Shown here in pieces: positions 35,201 through 50,200 of a stretch of 64,000 nucleotides of DNA. The notes beneath the pieces were generated by a model. The model worked only from the letters and a program-made list of their open reading frames with translations, did not search any database and had not been told where the DNA came from. The DNA comes from Tubiluchus corallicola (Eukaryota; Animalia; Priapulida), in contig JAQGDQ010000002.1 in NCBI GenBank assembly GCA_030141605.1, forward strand, positions 2,790,001 through 2,854,000, in the 5' to 3' direction. Within the stretch, counting starts at the first letter, position 1. The number at the start of each line of letters is the position of its first letter. The translations under genes were made by a program, and so were the position numbers.

Positions 35201-38200
35201 TGCTGATAATGTGCAGTGCTGATGTTATATTGTTTTCAGGTTGTACGGGAACTCAGCAGGTACAATAACGATTTCCGTGTCTTAGCACTAAGTGCAACTC
35301 CTGGAAGTGATCTAATGGTAAAAAATTTATTCATGTGTACTTCTGTACATTGATATTAGATTCAAATTTCAAAGATTGTTTCAGGTCATATACGAACTTT
35401 TCTTAGAAGGCGTATGGAAATAGCCTATACTTGTTGCACTGATTATATTAGGTATACTGGTTTATTTACCTTTTGTGATGTCATATTTTTTATTGCCCAA
35501 CTTGTCGTTAACTTAAGTATGCCTACCTGGCACAGAAGGGTTTAAAACAAACTTGGCTGGATGATATTATACAAGAAATGTTATGGTAGTCATGAACCCA
35601 CTAATGATAGTATTTTCGATACATGCATTTTTGAGTCAGTCACATATTAGATTGATTATGATGATTGTGATAAGTTCTACATTAGAAAAACTCAGTGTTT
35701 GCTTTATACTCGCTCTACTGAATATTTGTATGCCATTAAGAAACAGGATGCTGCCCATATTGTTGTCACTGAACACTTTATTACTACTGGTCATACATCG
35801 AAAATTCTTTTGTCAGGAAGGAAGAGATCATTGAAGGAAGCTTTGCACTAATTTAGCTCTTAATAATCAAAAAGATTGAAAATTTTCAAACATTTGCCTA
35901 AATGTTGGTACAATCTCTATAAATTTATATAATACATATTTATAGTCAACTCTTTAAATTTTGATAATATGTAATTGTCAACATGGTTTGTTACTGAATT
36001 TAGTTAGAGCCTTGTTGCTTGACAGTACATACTTCTTTATAACCATATTCTAAATTATGTCTAAATTACATTCTATTTTTTTAAAAAAACCTTGTTATGA
36101 ACATCTGATAATGACTTTAAATATAAAATCTACATCTTGTGCCATTTACGTGTATAATTTATCAGATGCAAAACATGTTAATTTGGTTAGGTATCTTTAT
36201 TTTTTAATGTGCTGTGTAAGTATGTGATTTAGAAGACTTGTCGACCTTTGGCTCTAAATACGGATTAACAAAATGCCATCATTCAAAAATTTGAATGTAT
36301 ATTATATTATAAGTATAATTCACATACCAAAAGGTGTTTTTCTCAAATTAATTTTTGTAAAACTGTGACATTTTTATATGATTATATCTTTTTTGTAGAG
36401 TAGACAGTGCGACACTTTATGTATCACCAGAAGGCAAATAATTAGATTAATTAACATGGATTTTACAAGATTTATGGCTTTAGCTCTACATGCTTTTTAG
36501 GCTGTGCAATCGATTATGGACAACCTTCTCATTTCCCACATTGAACTGAGATCAGAAGATTCACTAGACATACAACCTTACACGCATGAACGAATCATAG
36601 AGAAACGTGTTGTGATGCTGGGTGATGAACTTAAACAACTACGAGACAAATATCTACGGGTAAGGCAAATCAGTGCTGACATGCATTGTCTCGAAAAGGT
36701 TATACAAATCATCTAGATTATTTGGTAGTGGCTACTGTGTAACATAAATTCAAGCTTTACTTCTAAGGTTCAAATGTTAATAAAACCATTTTAACTTTAA
36801 AATTTGCTGATTTCTAGGTGTTATTAACTAGTAATTCTATTACTCAAGGCAAAGAAAGTAGAGTGCAAGTAAGTGGTCCCACTCACCTGATATAACCTTT
36901 AGCCAAAAACTAGTTTAGTCAGAATTGCTAAAGAAAATATGAAGTGACTGAATTCTTAGCAAATGAAAACCTCAGCACTCTAACCTACTGTCATTGTACT
37001 GTGACTAAGATATAAGAGAAAAATAGCTAAAAATTGGTTGTCTAAAAATGTACAGGTTGAGCTGGCCCTGTATAAGTATAGGTAATTACAAGTGTCTGTT
37101 CATGACTATTGCTGGAAGAGCCTTGTGCACATTGCTATGTGAACTAGACAAATGTTGCTTTTGTCAAACAAACAAACTAACAAATTCTACTTTTTTCTTA
37201 ACATATTATTAGATCATAGAAGTGGTAGCTCAAAGATTGGCAAATGCTCGTGTTCTCTACATTAACAATCTCCTGACAATGTCCAAGTTCATGATCTTGC
37301 AAGCACGTACAGAATTCCGGCAAAACCCACCGGCCTCTTTGCAAAGGTGTCACTTTGGTGCAATAGAAGGTGACTTTGCTCTGTGTACTAGTCTTTACCA
37401 TGGCCTAGAACTACTGCTCTTACATGGGGAAAAACCATTTTACATATTTCTACAGGTGTGCATTTGCATTTTTATCCTAGCTGTATAGTTGCTTTTATTG
37501 TTTCAGATGGTTTGTTAGTATTAAAATTGTATTACTGGAGTTTTGAAAATTTTAAAGGAAAACTAGCCACTCTCGAACAACATTCATTGTATATTAATAT
37601 TCTTAAAAATATTCAAATTACGATGCATCATATGCACATAAAATGCTTTGCTTAAAATGCAAAAGAAATTTAAATCATTCTTGTCGCCTGCCAAATGAAC
37701 ATGGTTGCCGGGGACTTGAAAAAAGCTGGACAGCATGAAGGCACTCATAACAGAACTTCTGCAGTTCAGTCAGAAGTTCCAGTATTCTGGCACAGGGATG
37801 TGCAAATTAACTGACTGGCAGGGCCACATTAAACTTTTGTGCAATTCCTGCGGGTCGCATGCAGCTTGGGCAAGGGGCCAAGAACAGAAGGACCTAATAA
37901 CGATTTTTTTGCGTTAGATCTGTCACATCATTACTACTATGCTGAGGAAAGTATTCTAGAAGTTATTAAATATAAAAAACCCATAGATTTCAACTTTCAT
38001 GTCAGATAGTGGTAATCTTATTACAATGCACATTAGTACTGATTCTGATTCCGATCTATAACAACACTACACCTGATAAAACAACCACTGATCGAGGTGT
38101 GTACTACCCAGCCTAAACAGGAACTAAACAGAAACTGGAAATCCCCCTATGTCAGGGGTGGCCAAACTTTTTCAGCTTGCAAACTACTTATAAATTGATT

Positions 38201-41200
38201 GGCCCAGTTGTCTTCTTGGTTTTAGTAGAAGATCATTTAATAATATAATAATAAATATAATATAAAATAACCAAGTCAAAATGATCTACCTATTATGACC
38301 AAGAAGATGACTGGGCTGATCAACTGGCCCGATAATAGAAGCCTAGAGATTGGCTGGTTGGTCCACCTACCAGCCAATCAGATTGCTTCTCTCATTTCTT
38401 GCACATTTGGCGTTGCAGTGGTGGCTTCCCTGGCAGTTTGCTGTGTTTACATCGCTTTTCTGTGTTCCAAGTGAACGTTGTGAAATTTGACTATGTCTGA
38501 CGGTGACATACATTAAGTGTCAACCGTCTTGTACGGGTTAATGATCTACCCGCACTATCTTTGCAATCATGGCGCTTACTTTAGCTAGAAACATCTTCCT
38601 GGTACTTGCGACTAGGTAAGTACCACAACAAATTACCAATCTAATTAGAGATAAGCATGTAATTTTGTGAGGCTGCCAGTATATAGTAGGTGCCAGGCGG
38701 GTTATTTACCTTATAGAGTTCAGTTTTAGTTAAAATAATTAATCTTTTAGAGATAGGATTGTATAACACGTTACATGTTATTATACGTTCATGCCTCTAT
38801 ATGAAGGTTATGTTAACAAGGAGCATCCCCGGAAATAGTCCCAGAGTATAGTGCAGGCTAACAACACTAGACGGATGCCCTTCGGTTTTATAAATAGAAA
38901 AGAATCACCTACGTGTAGGCCATTGTAGACCTTGTTTATGGTTAATTATGTGAACCAGCTATTTAGGTAGGCCTAAAGACACTCTATTCATAGAGCTTAG
39001 AGCATCAAGCTGTCTGTGTACTGACCTGTTTACATAGACTAATCCAGACAACTAGGTTGCTAAGGTAAATTGAACCCAGTGCGTATCTGTATCTAAAATC
39101 TGTCTACTGCCAGCACAGCAGCCGAAAGATGAAATACATTGTTTGGGAATAATTTTTAAGCAAAGTGATTTGAATAACGAATTTATTGTTAAACGAGCTT
39201 ATGCAAAAAAAAGCCCAAGTAGGTGTACAAAATTTGTTTAAGTAATTTTGAATCATGTTTGCTGTACTTTTTTCAAACACACACCAATACATTAACCAAA
39301 CATAGTGGCTTTAAACGTGAAATTTGCATGTTGATAAAAAATGGATCACTAATTTATAAGGTATTGTAATATTTAAAATATGTATAAGGAAAAGTTATGT
39401 AAATGCCTTTATACCACATGTATGCATACGCACAACATTTAGATCAGATTTGGCTGTTAGTCAAATGTATTAGGATTGGCATTTTGGATGCGGTTTTCAA
39501 AATTCGGTTAGAATTGGATTGGCATGCTCACGAATTTATTCGGAATTGGATTGGCAAAAAATTTAAAAATTCAGCAATTGTTCAGATTGGCAAAAAGGAA
39601 TTCGGCACAACACTATTTACTGAGTACAGTTAATTAAATTGATTAAAGTAAACAAAATATTCATTAAACAAAAACTATGTAGAATATACAAGTTAACTAT
39701 ATAGAAAGGTGCATGCACTTATGAGTGAGAGTTTCTTGTGTTTTATTTAAACACCATGGACAGTATAACTTATGATACTAAGTAGGTATTTTAACTTTGT
39801 TATTTCAAATTGTATTTATCATAGAGTTGTCTAAAATATAAAATCAATGTAAAAGGTGAGCTGCTGTGCCTCATTTTTAGCACTTTAATTTAATGATTGA
39901 GTTGTTTATTGCAGGGCATCGTGGATGGAGAGAAAAGCAACGCACGCGCAAGATCTGAGCTAATGCGAAATGAAGCATTTATAGACATCATGGTTAAATT
40001 GCGTCAGAAGTATGATCAGACTGTTGATGCTGCCATTAGTCCGTCAACAGTGAGATTAGTATTTGTATTTTGTACTTTACAAAGTAGTTGCTGGTCTGCT
40101 ATGATATCTGTTTGTTATCTTCTATGAAATGTCATTAAAGTTTGTTTTTTGAGCAACTTGTGTTTTAAGGCTAAGAAATAACTAATTGATCTTGGCATGT
40201 TCCTAGCAACCAAAAGTATGGATGGTGCCAAGGCTGGTCAGTGATTCGATATGTGTTCAAGGTGGAGGTGATAGTTTCCTGAAGTTAGCAGATTTATGAC
40301 CGACTTGATAAAAGATTTTTATTCTAAATGATACTGATTTGTCTTGCACACATTTTAGATAAGTATAAATGTATAAACAAACTCACATTTATTCGCTAAA
40401 AAATGTATAAACAACTCATGTTCATTTGCCAAGCGCTGCTCAAGAAATCATCATAATTAACGTGGTTTGAATATTTGCAGCATGTACTATTATTTGTATG
40501 ATTGCATTTATTTACCACTTTTATATCTGATTTTGCTTCTCTTGATTTGCATGCATAGCTTTTCTTTTAATGTCATTGGTAAGGTTGTGAACTGTAGCTG
40601 TAACTAAACAATGTTTGTGTTTCTTCTGCAGATCATGCAAGATGCTCAAGCCAAAATATCAACACCTTTTATTTACAGTCATCCAAAGCAAAAAATTTTA
40701 GAAGACATCGTTGTCAAGCACTTTAAGGATCATGCTGAAGGTAAGGAAACATTTGTAAGAAGTAAATTAAGTGTTTTATAGGGTTTGTCAACAACGTGTT
40801 ATAATCACTTAAAGGACAAGAAAAGTGGTACCTGAAGTACATTTCAAAAAAATTTTCTAAAAAAATTATATTACTTTACAGCTGTTTTATGCATAAGTTG
40901 TATCGTACTCACGTTAAAGGGAATTTTTGTTTGTTTTCATTTTAAATATCCCGCAAGACTGTTCCGACAGTGCCATTACATGACTTCACTTAACGCCAAC
41001 GTAAATCAGGAGAAGAAAAGGCAATGTTAGATTATGTCCAAAAAAACTTTCCATGCAAATCTATATTACTTAGCATTTTGCTTACCTGTTGGAAAGCTTA
41101 TGTAACTAGAAATAATAATTTAAAATGTTTGTGCCAATTGGTAAAAAGTTGCTGGCTCACTCTCTAACCAAAAACGTATTTTTAATCTTATTGACAAGAT

Positions 41201-44200
41201 ACAGCAATTTAAAATTTTACTTACTCCTTAGTAACATATGTGTTACGAATGCTGTGATTATTTTTCAAACTTCACGCAATGTTATTTAAACGGTTATCAA
41301 ACAACCTAACATCAAAATGGCCGTGCCTAACGGTCATCGCGGGAGTTTAAATTTACGTGTTTTAAACAGCAATACTGCTGATGCAAGCCCTGCATGCAAA
41401 AAGGCAGTATGTAAGTGGTATAAAATTTCAAGACGATTTTTTAAGCTTTATGTAAGTGGAGGGTTTTCTTGTGCTTTAATTAATGCTGATGCCAGATTTT
41501 GTGAATGATTAATTGTAACTTTCCATTTAGAAGTCTAAATAAACAAATTGCATTGGTTTAGTAAATGATAATTAAAAATTTAAGCTTACACAATGGTACC
41601 TAAGGGAATTACATCTTAGCAGAGTGTTAAATTTGATAATGTGAAACCAACCAAATTATTGCAAATAGTAATAATATATGTCATGAACGTTATAGAGTTT
41701 ACCTATAAGGGGTTATATTAGAAACCCTTATGTGTTTATAATATTTCATTGTTTTGAAGTGCACATAATATTAGAAATTTCGTTAAAAAACTTGGGGTCA
41801 ATAATCGTTATTTTGGGGTCAATAATAGTCTTTTTTTTACTTTTTGTTTTGCATGTAGATAGCACACGGATAATGATTTTTTCGCAATACCGAGATAGTG
41901 TGTCAGAGATTGCCAATATGTTGAGCAAGCATGCACCACTGATTCGTGTCATGAGCTTCATTGGGCAATCTGCAGGTGCAGGAAGCCGATCTACAAAAGG
42001 CTTCACGCAAAAAGAACAAATAAAGGTATCATTACCTTCGATGATCAAGTTGACGCTATTAGCTTTTTCCCTATGGTTGTTGCTTAATTGTTACCTTGAT
42101 GTTGTAGATCCATATAAACACAGTTACGTCCGGATTTAAATTAGTCAATTATAGGTAAAATTTTGTATTTTGTTTTAGATTTTTAGAAGCCTATGAATTT
42201 TTAACACGAATAAATCTGTTTGCAGTGTCCCTAACACCAATTCTTTGTTAAGAATGTAATAGCATGCAGTATCTTTTTGCATATTATCTATGCTAGGGCC
42301 AGCTCTCGGCATTCTGTATTATTTGTAGACACGAGACTTTTGATTTGAACTAAAACAAAAATTTCCAACAAGTAGTGATTCAAATTCTATACAATTTCCT
42401 GTGGTGTCTAACAACTTTTGTGTAACTGCACAAACTTTCAACAATTTATTTTTAATGCACCAAGTTTAGCCAACATGGATACTTCATGTCAAATGTAACA
42501 GCATGTCAGGGGGATGCTGAACATCTGAAAGTCATTTTAACACAAGCGGCTGATTTATTTTTGATAAAAAGTTACACAAGCTTTTTTATTTTTCATAAAT
42601 GACCTTTTTGCTGCATGTAGGTTGTGAAAGAATTTCGTCAGGGTGGCTACAATACTTTAGTAGCTACGTGTGTGGGCGAGGAAGGTTTGGACATTGGTGA
42701 TGTGGATCTCATTGTGTGCTATGATTCACAGAAGAGCCCCATTCGGTTGGTTCAGAGAATGGGCCGTACTGGACGGAAACGACAAGGCAGAATTGTTGTT
42801 CTAGTTACTGAGGGTAAAGAGGAAAAGGTAGCTGTCACCACGTCAGTTTACTCATGTAGCTCCGGGGCTGGAAAATCTTACCAGACTGACGGACGTAGTA
42901 CGCTGGACACTTCTTCTTGCAGAGGGACACCATTTTTTTAGTATCTTTTCTCAAAATTTTAATAGCAAATGCTTCAATTTTTTCCATTATTTTTGCATGC
43001 CTACATATGCTGGAATTTGTCACTATGTATTGCCGCTATTGCTTCACACTCAAAAACTTGGCAGAGGCAGGTATAATATATGTGTATAATAATTATGCAG
43101 TAGCTGTAACTGAATTATTATAGTAATGATCTCGTTCAACAATAAATAAGTGGCTTACTGCTATAAGGATAAGGTATGTTGATTGTTGCAGCATCCCAGT
43201 TAACCGTCCAAGCCTCACCAATGGTCAGTGTTAAAATTCACTTCATAATAAGTGTTATCTCGCTGACTCATTGTGTTGTTGTTGGCTTCAAATTATACTA
43301 TTATAGTTACTGTAGCAACTGGTTTTGCCACATGGTTGCCAACCAGTACAAGTCATGTGCTGTTATATTAAAAACTTTACTGCATAATTACTTTTTGGCA
43401 CTCAAAAGAACTTTCTTCAGTAGTTAAGCAACATCATACATAAGAAGTGCCTAGATGGGAGAGATATTTTCCAGATTATGAAGTTGTGTCCTACTAAAGC
43501 GATAGAACCTGTGTTCTAAACAAAATAAAGGGCTCCTTTCTTAGTGTAGTTCTGAGAAATCTTGTGGAACAGTATTTAAGATACGGAAAATTCTCTTCCT
43601 GAGCATCACAGTTATAAATCACTTAACTCCCACATGTTCTTGGTGGGTATATAAACTACTAATTAATACTCTGTTTAGTGTTTAACAATAATTGAAATAA
43701 TATTTGAAGTTAGGAACTGTATTAGTAACTGGAATACATGTAAGTGGTGAAATTTTTTTTTTAATAAAACTGACTTTTTAGAAGTTCAACTTTTTGAATA
43801 TTCATAGGGCTCTGTGGCCCTTTGCAGCAACACCCCCACAACCATCTCAATACTAGATACTTCTATAAAGATCTCGTGGCTTCATCCATCACCGTGACGC
43901 TAGGACATTGTAAGATGTTCCGCCTCTGGTAGCTATATACAGTTTTTTAATTTATTTATGTTATTTATACAGCTTAGAATTTGTTTCAGGCCTTCTGGCA
44001 CAAAAGGGTGACATAATAAAAAATGTTAGAACTTCAAATAAATTTTTGTGTTACTTGAAGGCAGTGAAAACTTTTGTTTAGTTATGTACTGTACATAACA
44101 TTCTGTGTTGGTTAAGTGTTGGTGTTCCATTTATTTTTGTACCTTTTGAAAGACATTTGTATTTGATGTGACAGGAATTCTTTGTGTAAAATGTGATGCC

Positions 44201-47200
44201 ATGTCTGGTGACAAACTATTTTAAAGTGAGTGGCTGCTCTAAATCCACTGTAAAATAACATTGGTCACTCACTAAGAGTTGTTTGATATCATATGTATCT
44301 GTTCATTTCAGATGTATTGTACTAGCCAGTACAACAAGCGTAGCATACACAAGGCTCTTGCTATGCAGGGCAAGTCGAGCAAGCTGAGACTGTATCCTCA
44401 CAATCCGCGAATGATCCCCCGTGGTCTAAATCCTAGCGTACATAAGATGCCAATGACCATTGGCCAGTATCAAACCTCTAAAAAAACAGCTTACAAAAAA
44501 GGGAAAATATCAGAGAGAAGTAAAGAAGATGCCTTTTACAGAGCAGGTACGTTATGTATGTTTTGTGATGAACAAATGTGTGTAAGTCACCTCATTATGA
44601 CCTGCAAGCTTGATTGTCCTAATACAAATTTTGGTTATTTTCTTAATACATATCAGATTAGAAGAAAATAAGGTGTTTTTGTAGATCTCATTACGTGAAA
44701 TTAAGGTAGTACTTTTGGCGAATCTTATTTGTAAAAACATTCGTCCCAGTTTGGCCAGACTGCATCTCTTATCCTGTCAACATAGTCTTTCACATTTCGA
44801 CAGTCGCCATACAGAAACGGCATATTGAAAGTTGATAGAGCAATATAGCACACCTGCAAGGTGTGCAAACATCCAGCAGTCAACCTGAAACATCATAGTT
44901 TCACATGCGGTAAATTAATTTGCTTGTGTATGAACTAACCGAGCCAAGTGACTTGGATTGTTATCCGTTACAAACTTATGCTTTTTCTGCTAAAAAAAGC
45001 ATCTATTTACGTCATAATTAACGATAGGTATTACTTGCAAAGTTGATTTAAAGGAATGTAGTAACTACTTCAGCAGTTTTATTTCTTTGAATGTAGATAA
45101 TTTTGGCACAATTTGAGGATTTATATTATGCTTGCTTTGGTAATCAATTCCAATGTGAATACCTAAGTTTTTTACTGCGTCTTAACCAAACCATAATTAA
45201 ATTTTTGTCTTACCTTCATCAGTGTATCTCCCATTAGGAATATCTTCTCGCCAAGATAGTTTGAAACTGCTTTTATGTTAGATGCTCCTATATCAATTAT
45301 TTCTTGTGCCATGTGCATAGATCCTGTGGGTAATCTTAAAAAGTGGACATGCAGACAGGAGCTAATGAATTATTTGACTACACTTAACTAAGCTTTAATA
45401 CTACATTGTAATTATAAAATGAACACCTGTTTCATAGATGTTAGCCGATATCCCGTATTATCCTGCCCGATTGATAATTACATTTAGGCCTCATGTAGTT
45501 TTCATATTTAACAGTATAAATAGAAATGTTTTAAGTAGCAGGGCAGTTAAAGTAAATCTTATCAATGGATAAAACACACAGTTAATGGAAGTAAATAAAA
45601 AAATTTTACCAGAAAAAGTAATTATCCATCATTTCTTGGAAAGCAACTGATACTCCCCTCTGCTCAGCTGTGAGCCCCTTCTCGAGGTCTCTCTTAAAGT
45701 ACTTTGACAGCATCTTGATGATCATGCTGGAATCAGCATAATGTTCACCATTTAGCTCTATCCAAGGTATTTGCTTCTTCTTTGAAGTCTGTAGTTTACT
45801 GATGTACTGCAAAAATTGATTTACTGTTGATAATAATATGGATGAGTTTAATATACTTTGTTCATCAGAAGGCTTGAGTAATTCAGGAAATGAATAATTT
45901 ATTTTGTGTTCTAGTTTTATACTATGATTTTTTACTATTTTTTGATCTCGCACAGTCTCACAGTTACCTATATCCCAAATTTTTAGATCCTGGTATATAA
46001 ATAGCATATATAACATTGCCATTTAAAACAGTCTGCCACGTTCACCTCCACATTTCCACATATCAAGGATAGGCATGAGTTCAGTCAGCTGTACAGCTGT
46101 ACTAGTGTTTCTTAAAGATACAATTCCTTGCCATCTGTCCAAGTCATCTTTTTTTCCACTCTCTGTCAATGCTAAAGTCTGGTTGCATCCTGTATTGCCA
46201 TGAAATGCTAATAGAGCTGATGCTTTTTCAGGACACGTGGCATTCACAATTATCCTGTGGCATAAAATATGGCTTTTATAAGCTGGCAAGAGCTATCCTT
46301 TTCCATCTGTACTAGAGCTATACTAGTCATATTGGTACTACCCTAAATCCTTGATCATTTTGCATAATATGGATACTGGAATCATCATCCTGTTTAACTG
46401 AAACCATGTAATGTGGCTAATATGTATTACATAAGCAGCTATTTAGGTGATGTCATAATATTTCTGAGCATCAAGTATGGATTCATTGACATTGGAAGCC
46501 TATATTCAGACTCCAAAATCGTCATCTTATCTGGTTTAACTGCTAAGGTGCTGCTTTCAAAAACTAGCAATAGTCATTGATATTGTTGGCCATCTTGAAA
46601 ATGGATGATTTTTGCTCACATCCAAAATTAATCACCTTGATTGGTTGTAGCAATGCGTAAAGTTTTATAACTTTTAGGCGAAATGCTTAAGTTTTTTCCC
46701 CATTCTGAATACCTCATGTAGGGATCCCGGCTGCTTTTGTGTATATTAGACGTTTAACTCGCTTTGCATTCTCTTTGTGGTTTAGTAACAGTGTCTCACA
46801 TTCACCAAAATCGAATTGATAAAAGTAATTTGCTGTTTGTTGTTATAATAAATCTTTTGGTGAAACAGCTAAATAAATGCATGAATGGAGTGATTTTACT
46901 CTGTGTGTTCTCCGTTTTGAAAGCAGCAACCATTTTTGTAATCAAAGTAACAAAAATGGATTCCCCGGGTGTAACTAGCCTAGAATAGATGCCTTAATCG
47001 CCTCTTAATGTTACTTTTCTGAGCATTTATTTTGATTTATATTGCTTGTGCAAAAATTTAGTGGCCACTTTGTTTTTTGCATTTTTTACCCTTTTCTGCT
47101 AATTTTCCCAGAAACAGTTTTCTCGCATATAACTGGCTACGTTGCCCACTTTTAGAAAATTTTCTGAAAATTTGCCTAATCTATATGCATTATAAGGCAG

Positions 47201-50200
47201 TTTGATTCTCGACCTTGAGTCCACGTTACTTTAGCACTTCTTTAAAGGAGTAGAAATTAATTGCAATTTATCATCGTCATGGCACATATACAACATCAGT
47301 TAGATTAGTTCCATATTTGAAATAGACAGTAAAATTCCAAGACTTTTTTACTAGCTATAATTTGTAGTTGAATAATTATAACCACATTTACATTGTTGTA
47401 CAAGTCAGAAATTTCATAACTTATTATGGATCTTCATAATAAGCTGCCACAGCTTAGGCTGTATGTGCAGTGATTGTAAACACTAATCACAATCTAGCAT
47501 TCATTTTGTTTTCAATGTTTTAAATGCGTGGAGTAAGGTACTATATTATTACATGATCATTGTTGACGGTGTCTCATTTTACTTCAGCAACAGGCAAACA
47601 AAAACACAATTGAAGTAATGTATTTAATGTTTTTTGACATAACACATTCATAACATGACATGACATTTACAATTGATTGGGTGTTGTTAGTGTCCCAAGA
47701 GCCTCAGCAAATCAGTTATTTGCGAAATAGTTCATTCCAATCTGGCCACAATTTATCTTTCAACCTGTCTACATATTTCTTTACATTTTCACACTCTCTG
47801 AAGAGTAATAATTTATGCGGAAAGTCGAGTGGACAGTATAACACTTGTGCAAGGTGCCCAAACATCCAGCAGTCAACCTATAAAGTTCAAAAAATTAGCA
47901 CAATGGCATCTATGTAAAACGAATTACATTTTTTCTGTTTGCTTGATGGCAGATTTTTACCTGGATTTTTTTGGAATTCCTCAAGATGAAAAACCACAAA
48001 AGTTCTTCATTTTGCATTAGTACTGTGATAAATTTTAGTGAAGGGCTGAAATTAGGTTGACAAATTGAACGTGACAATAATACTAACAATAATAAACATA
48101 CATAGTTACAATATTGTGTACTGTGATGTAATCAGGTATATTTATTTTAGTAAGTACTGTATTTGGATGTTTTATTAAAGTTGCTAATTTTGATTTAAAA
48201 ATGCGACCCAGTGAAAATTTTACCATGCTTGGTTCATCTCCCATGAGGAATTTCTTTGTGCCCAGAAAGTTGGAAATGGCTTGTATGTCCTCGTTTCCAA
48301 TTTGCTCGATTTCTTCTGCAGTGTGACGCCCAATACCCTTTGCATACAGTCGTTTGATCTTAAAAGGTGACAAGATAGTATATTTGTTTTTAAAATTTTT
48401 ATCATAATGTAAAGCACAGTGTTATAGTGTAATGCAGTAGCTTTAATTCAAACTTCATAAGATTTGCTTCTGGGGTTGATTTAATAATATACAAGGCTAC
48501 ACATTGCCAATTCCTGAAAAGGCTATGAAAAATCTCATTGCAATTGGGTTAGGCTTTTCTGAACCAACCTAGAGGTCATGTCATGTTTATACAGTTCTCT
48601 AAATACAGGAATATTTCTTGTGGAACCAAAAGTGCTCATTGTTTTATAAAGATGTAATCAATTTAATTTTGAAACTTCTGTGTAATGTTTTGAAATACAA
48701 CTAATTATTGTTAAACTTATTTCATCAGGATTTCTGAGAAGTTATGCATGAGAAAACTGTCAGTCCAAATGGCTAAACTCTATTAATGGTGAATTCTAAC
48801 AACAAATCTCTGGTTGTTTATTGTGAATGCTGTTATCTCATAATTGTCACATCGCTAATGTCAACAGTAAATTCATTTCAATGTGTGTATAATGCGTGCT
48901 TTTTTACACATTTGGTAGGTAGTAGACACTGCTGTGCAACATTGTGCCCATTGCAGCTTTGACATTCTCTTTTCAGTTAGCCTATTAAATAATTTCAGAT
49001 TAAAATTAGTATTTTGCAGACACATGCTCTTTTCCATTATGTTCTCCAAAAAAAGGTTGGCAAGTTTCATTTTGTTAAATTATGCAAAGAGCTCGTTTTT
49101 TTAATGTAAAAAAAGTGGAAAATTTGATGTACCACTTTTTTGGAGTGCCGTACAAGGATGAACCACCATATTAAACTCAGTGGAAAAGAAATTCCATTCG
49201 TCAGCATCTTGATGTATTCCTTGTTGTTTGTCACCTGACGATAGTAGACGAACGTCCTTAAAAGAAAATGAATTAATTGGTTTCAACATTTATTTATATT
49301 TATTTCCCCTCCCATCACTGCCAATATGCCATTCAGTTTGCAGTCGCAGCTGAATGAAAAGCCTTCTAGCCATTGGCTGTTGTTTGTACTTTACTATCCA
49401 AATTAGCAGTTCAATCTGACCCTCACAGCATACTGAAAGTACATAAACTACTATGAAAATTGAGCCTATGTATACATTATATTAATTTTACACTGCAGTG
49501 CAGGTTGAACACCAAGATAGTTATTTCGTAAGTAAATGATTTTAGTTAAAAAATAACATTTAAGTTATTCAAACCCAACATACCCAACAAATTGATTGTC
49601 CACCATCTCCTGGAATGCCACTGATACTCCCTGCTGTTCTGCTGTGAGATGCTTCTCTGTGCCTGTATTGAAATGTTTGCACAACATCTTAATAATAAAT
49701 GTTGAATCGGCGTATTGGTTGCCATTTAGCTCTATCCATGGTATTTGTTTTTTACTGGATGGCTGCATTGTACTTACAAACTGTAAAGTAATGACACTTG
49801 TTATGTTACAATGTGCCACTGCTTCACTAAAAAATAAATAACTGTTTCAGTTATTGACTGCCTATATAACTTATGCTAGAATGTCTTTTAGAGGATCCAC
49901 CAAACTTACATATTGATAGACATAGATTTGAGTATATTTCAAATAAAGCAAAAAAGCAATGGAAGTGTATTGCTGTTATTCAAAATTTGTTTAATATTTA
50001 CCTTGTACTTTATGTTTGCCATGCGCAAGAACGTCTCCAGTTTTAGAGTAAAAGGTGAGAGCTGGAAAATTCTGCAATTTTGTCTGGCTCGTGGAAATCC
50101 ATAGACATAGACGACATTATGTTCATAGTTGACAGTGAAAAGTGGATTGTGTGTGGATGATTTGCGGCTTTGATAACGCTTGATGATTCCGCCAATCAGG

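Noticed and set aside
40810-41605. Possible Kolobok-like element (TTAAAGG start)
   Set aside because: No convincing matching terminus or TSD found by eye.
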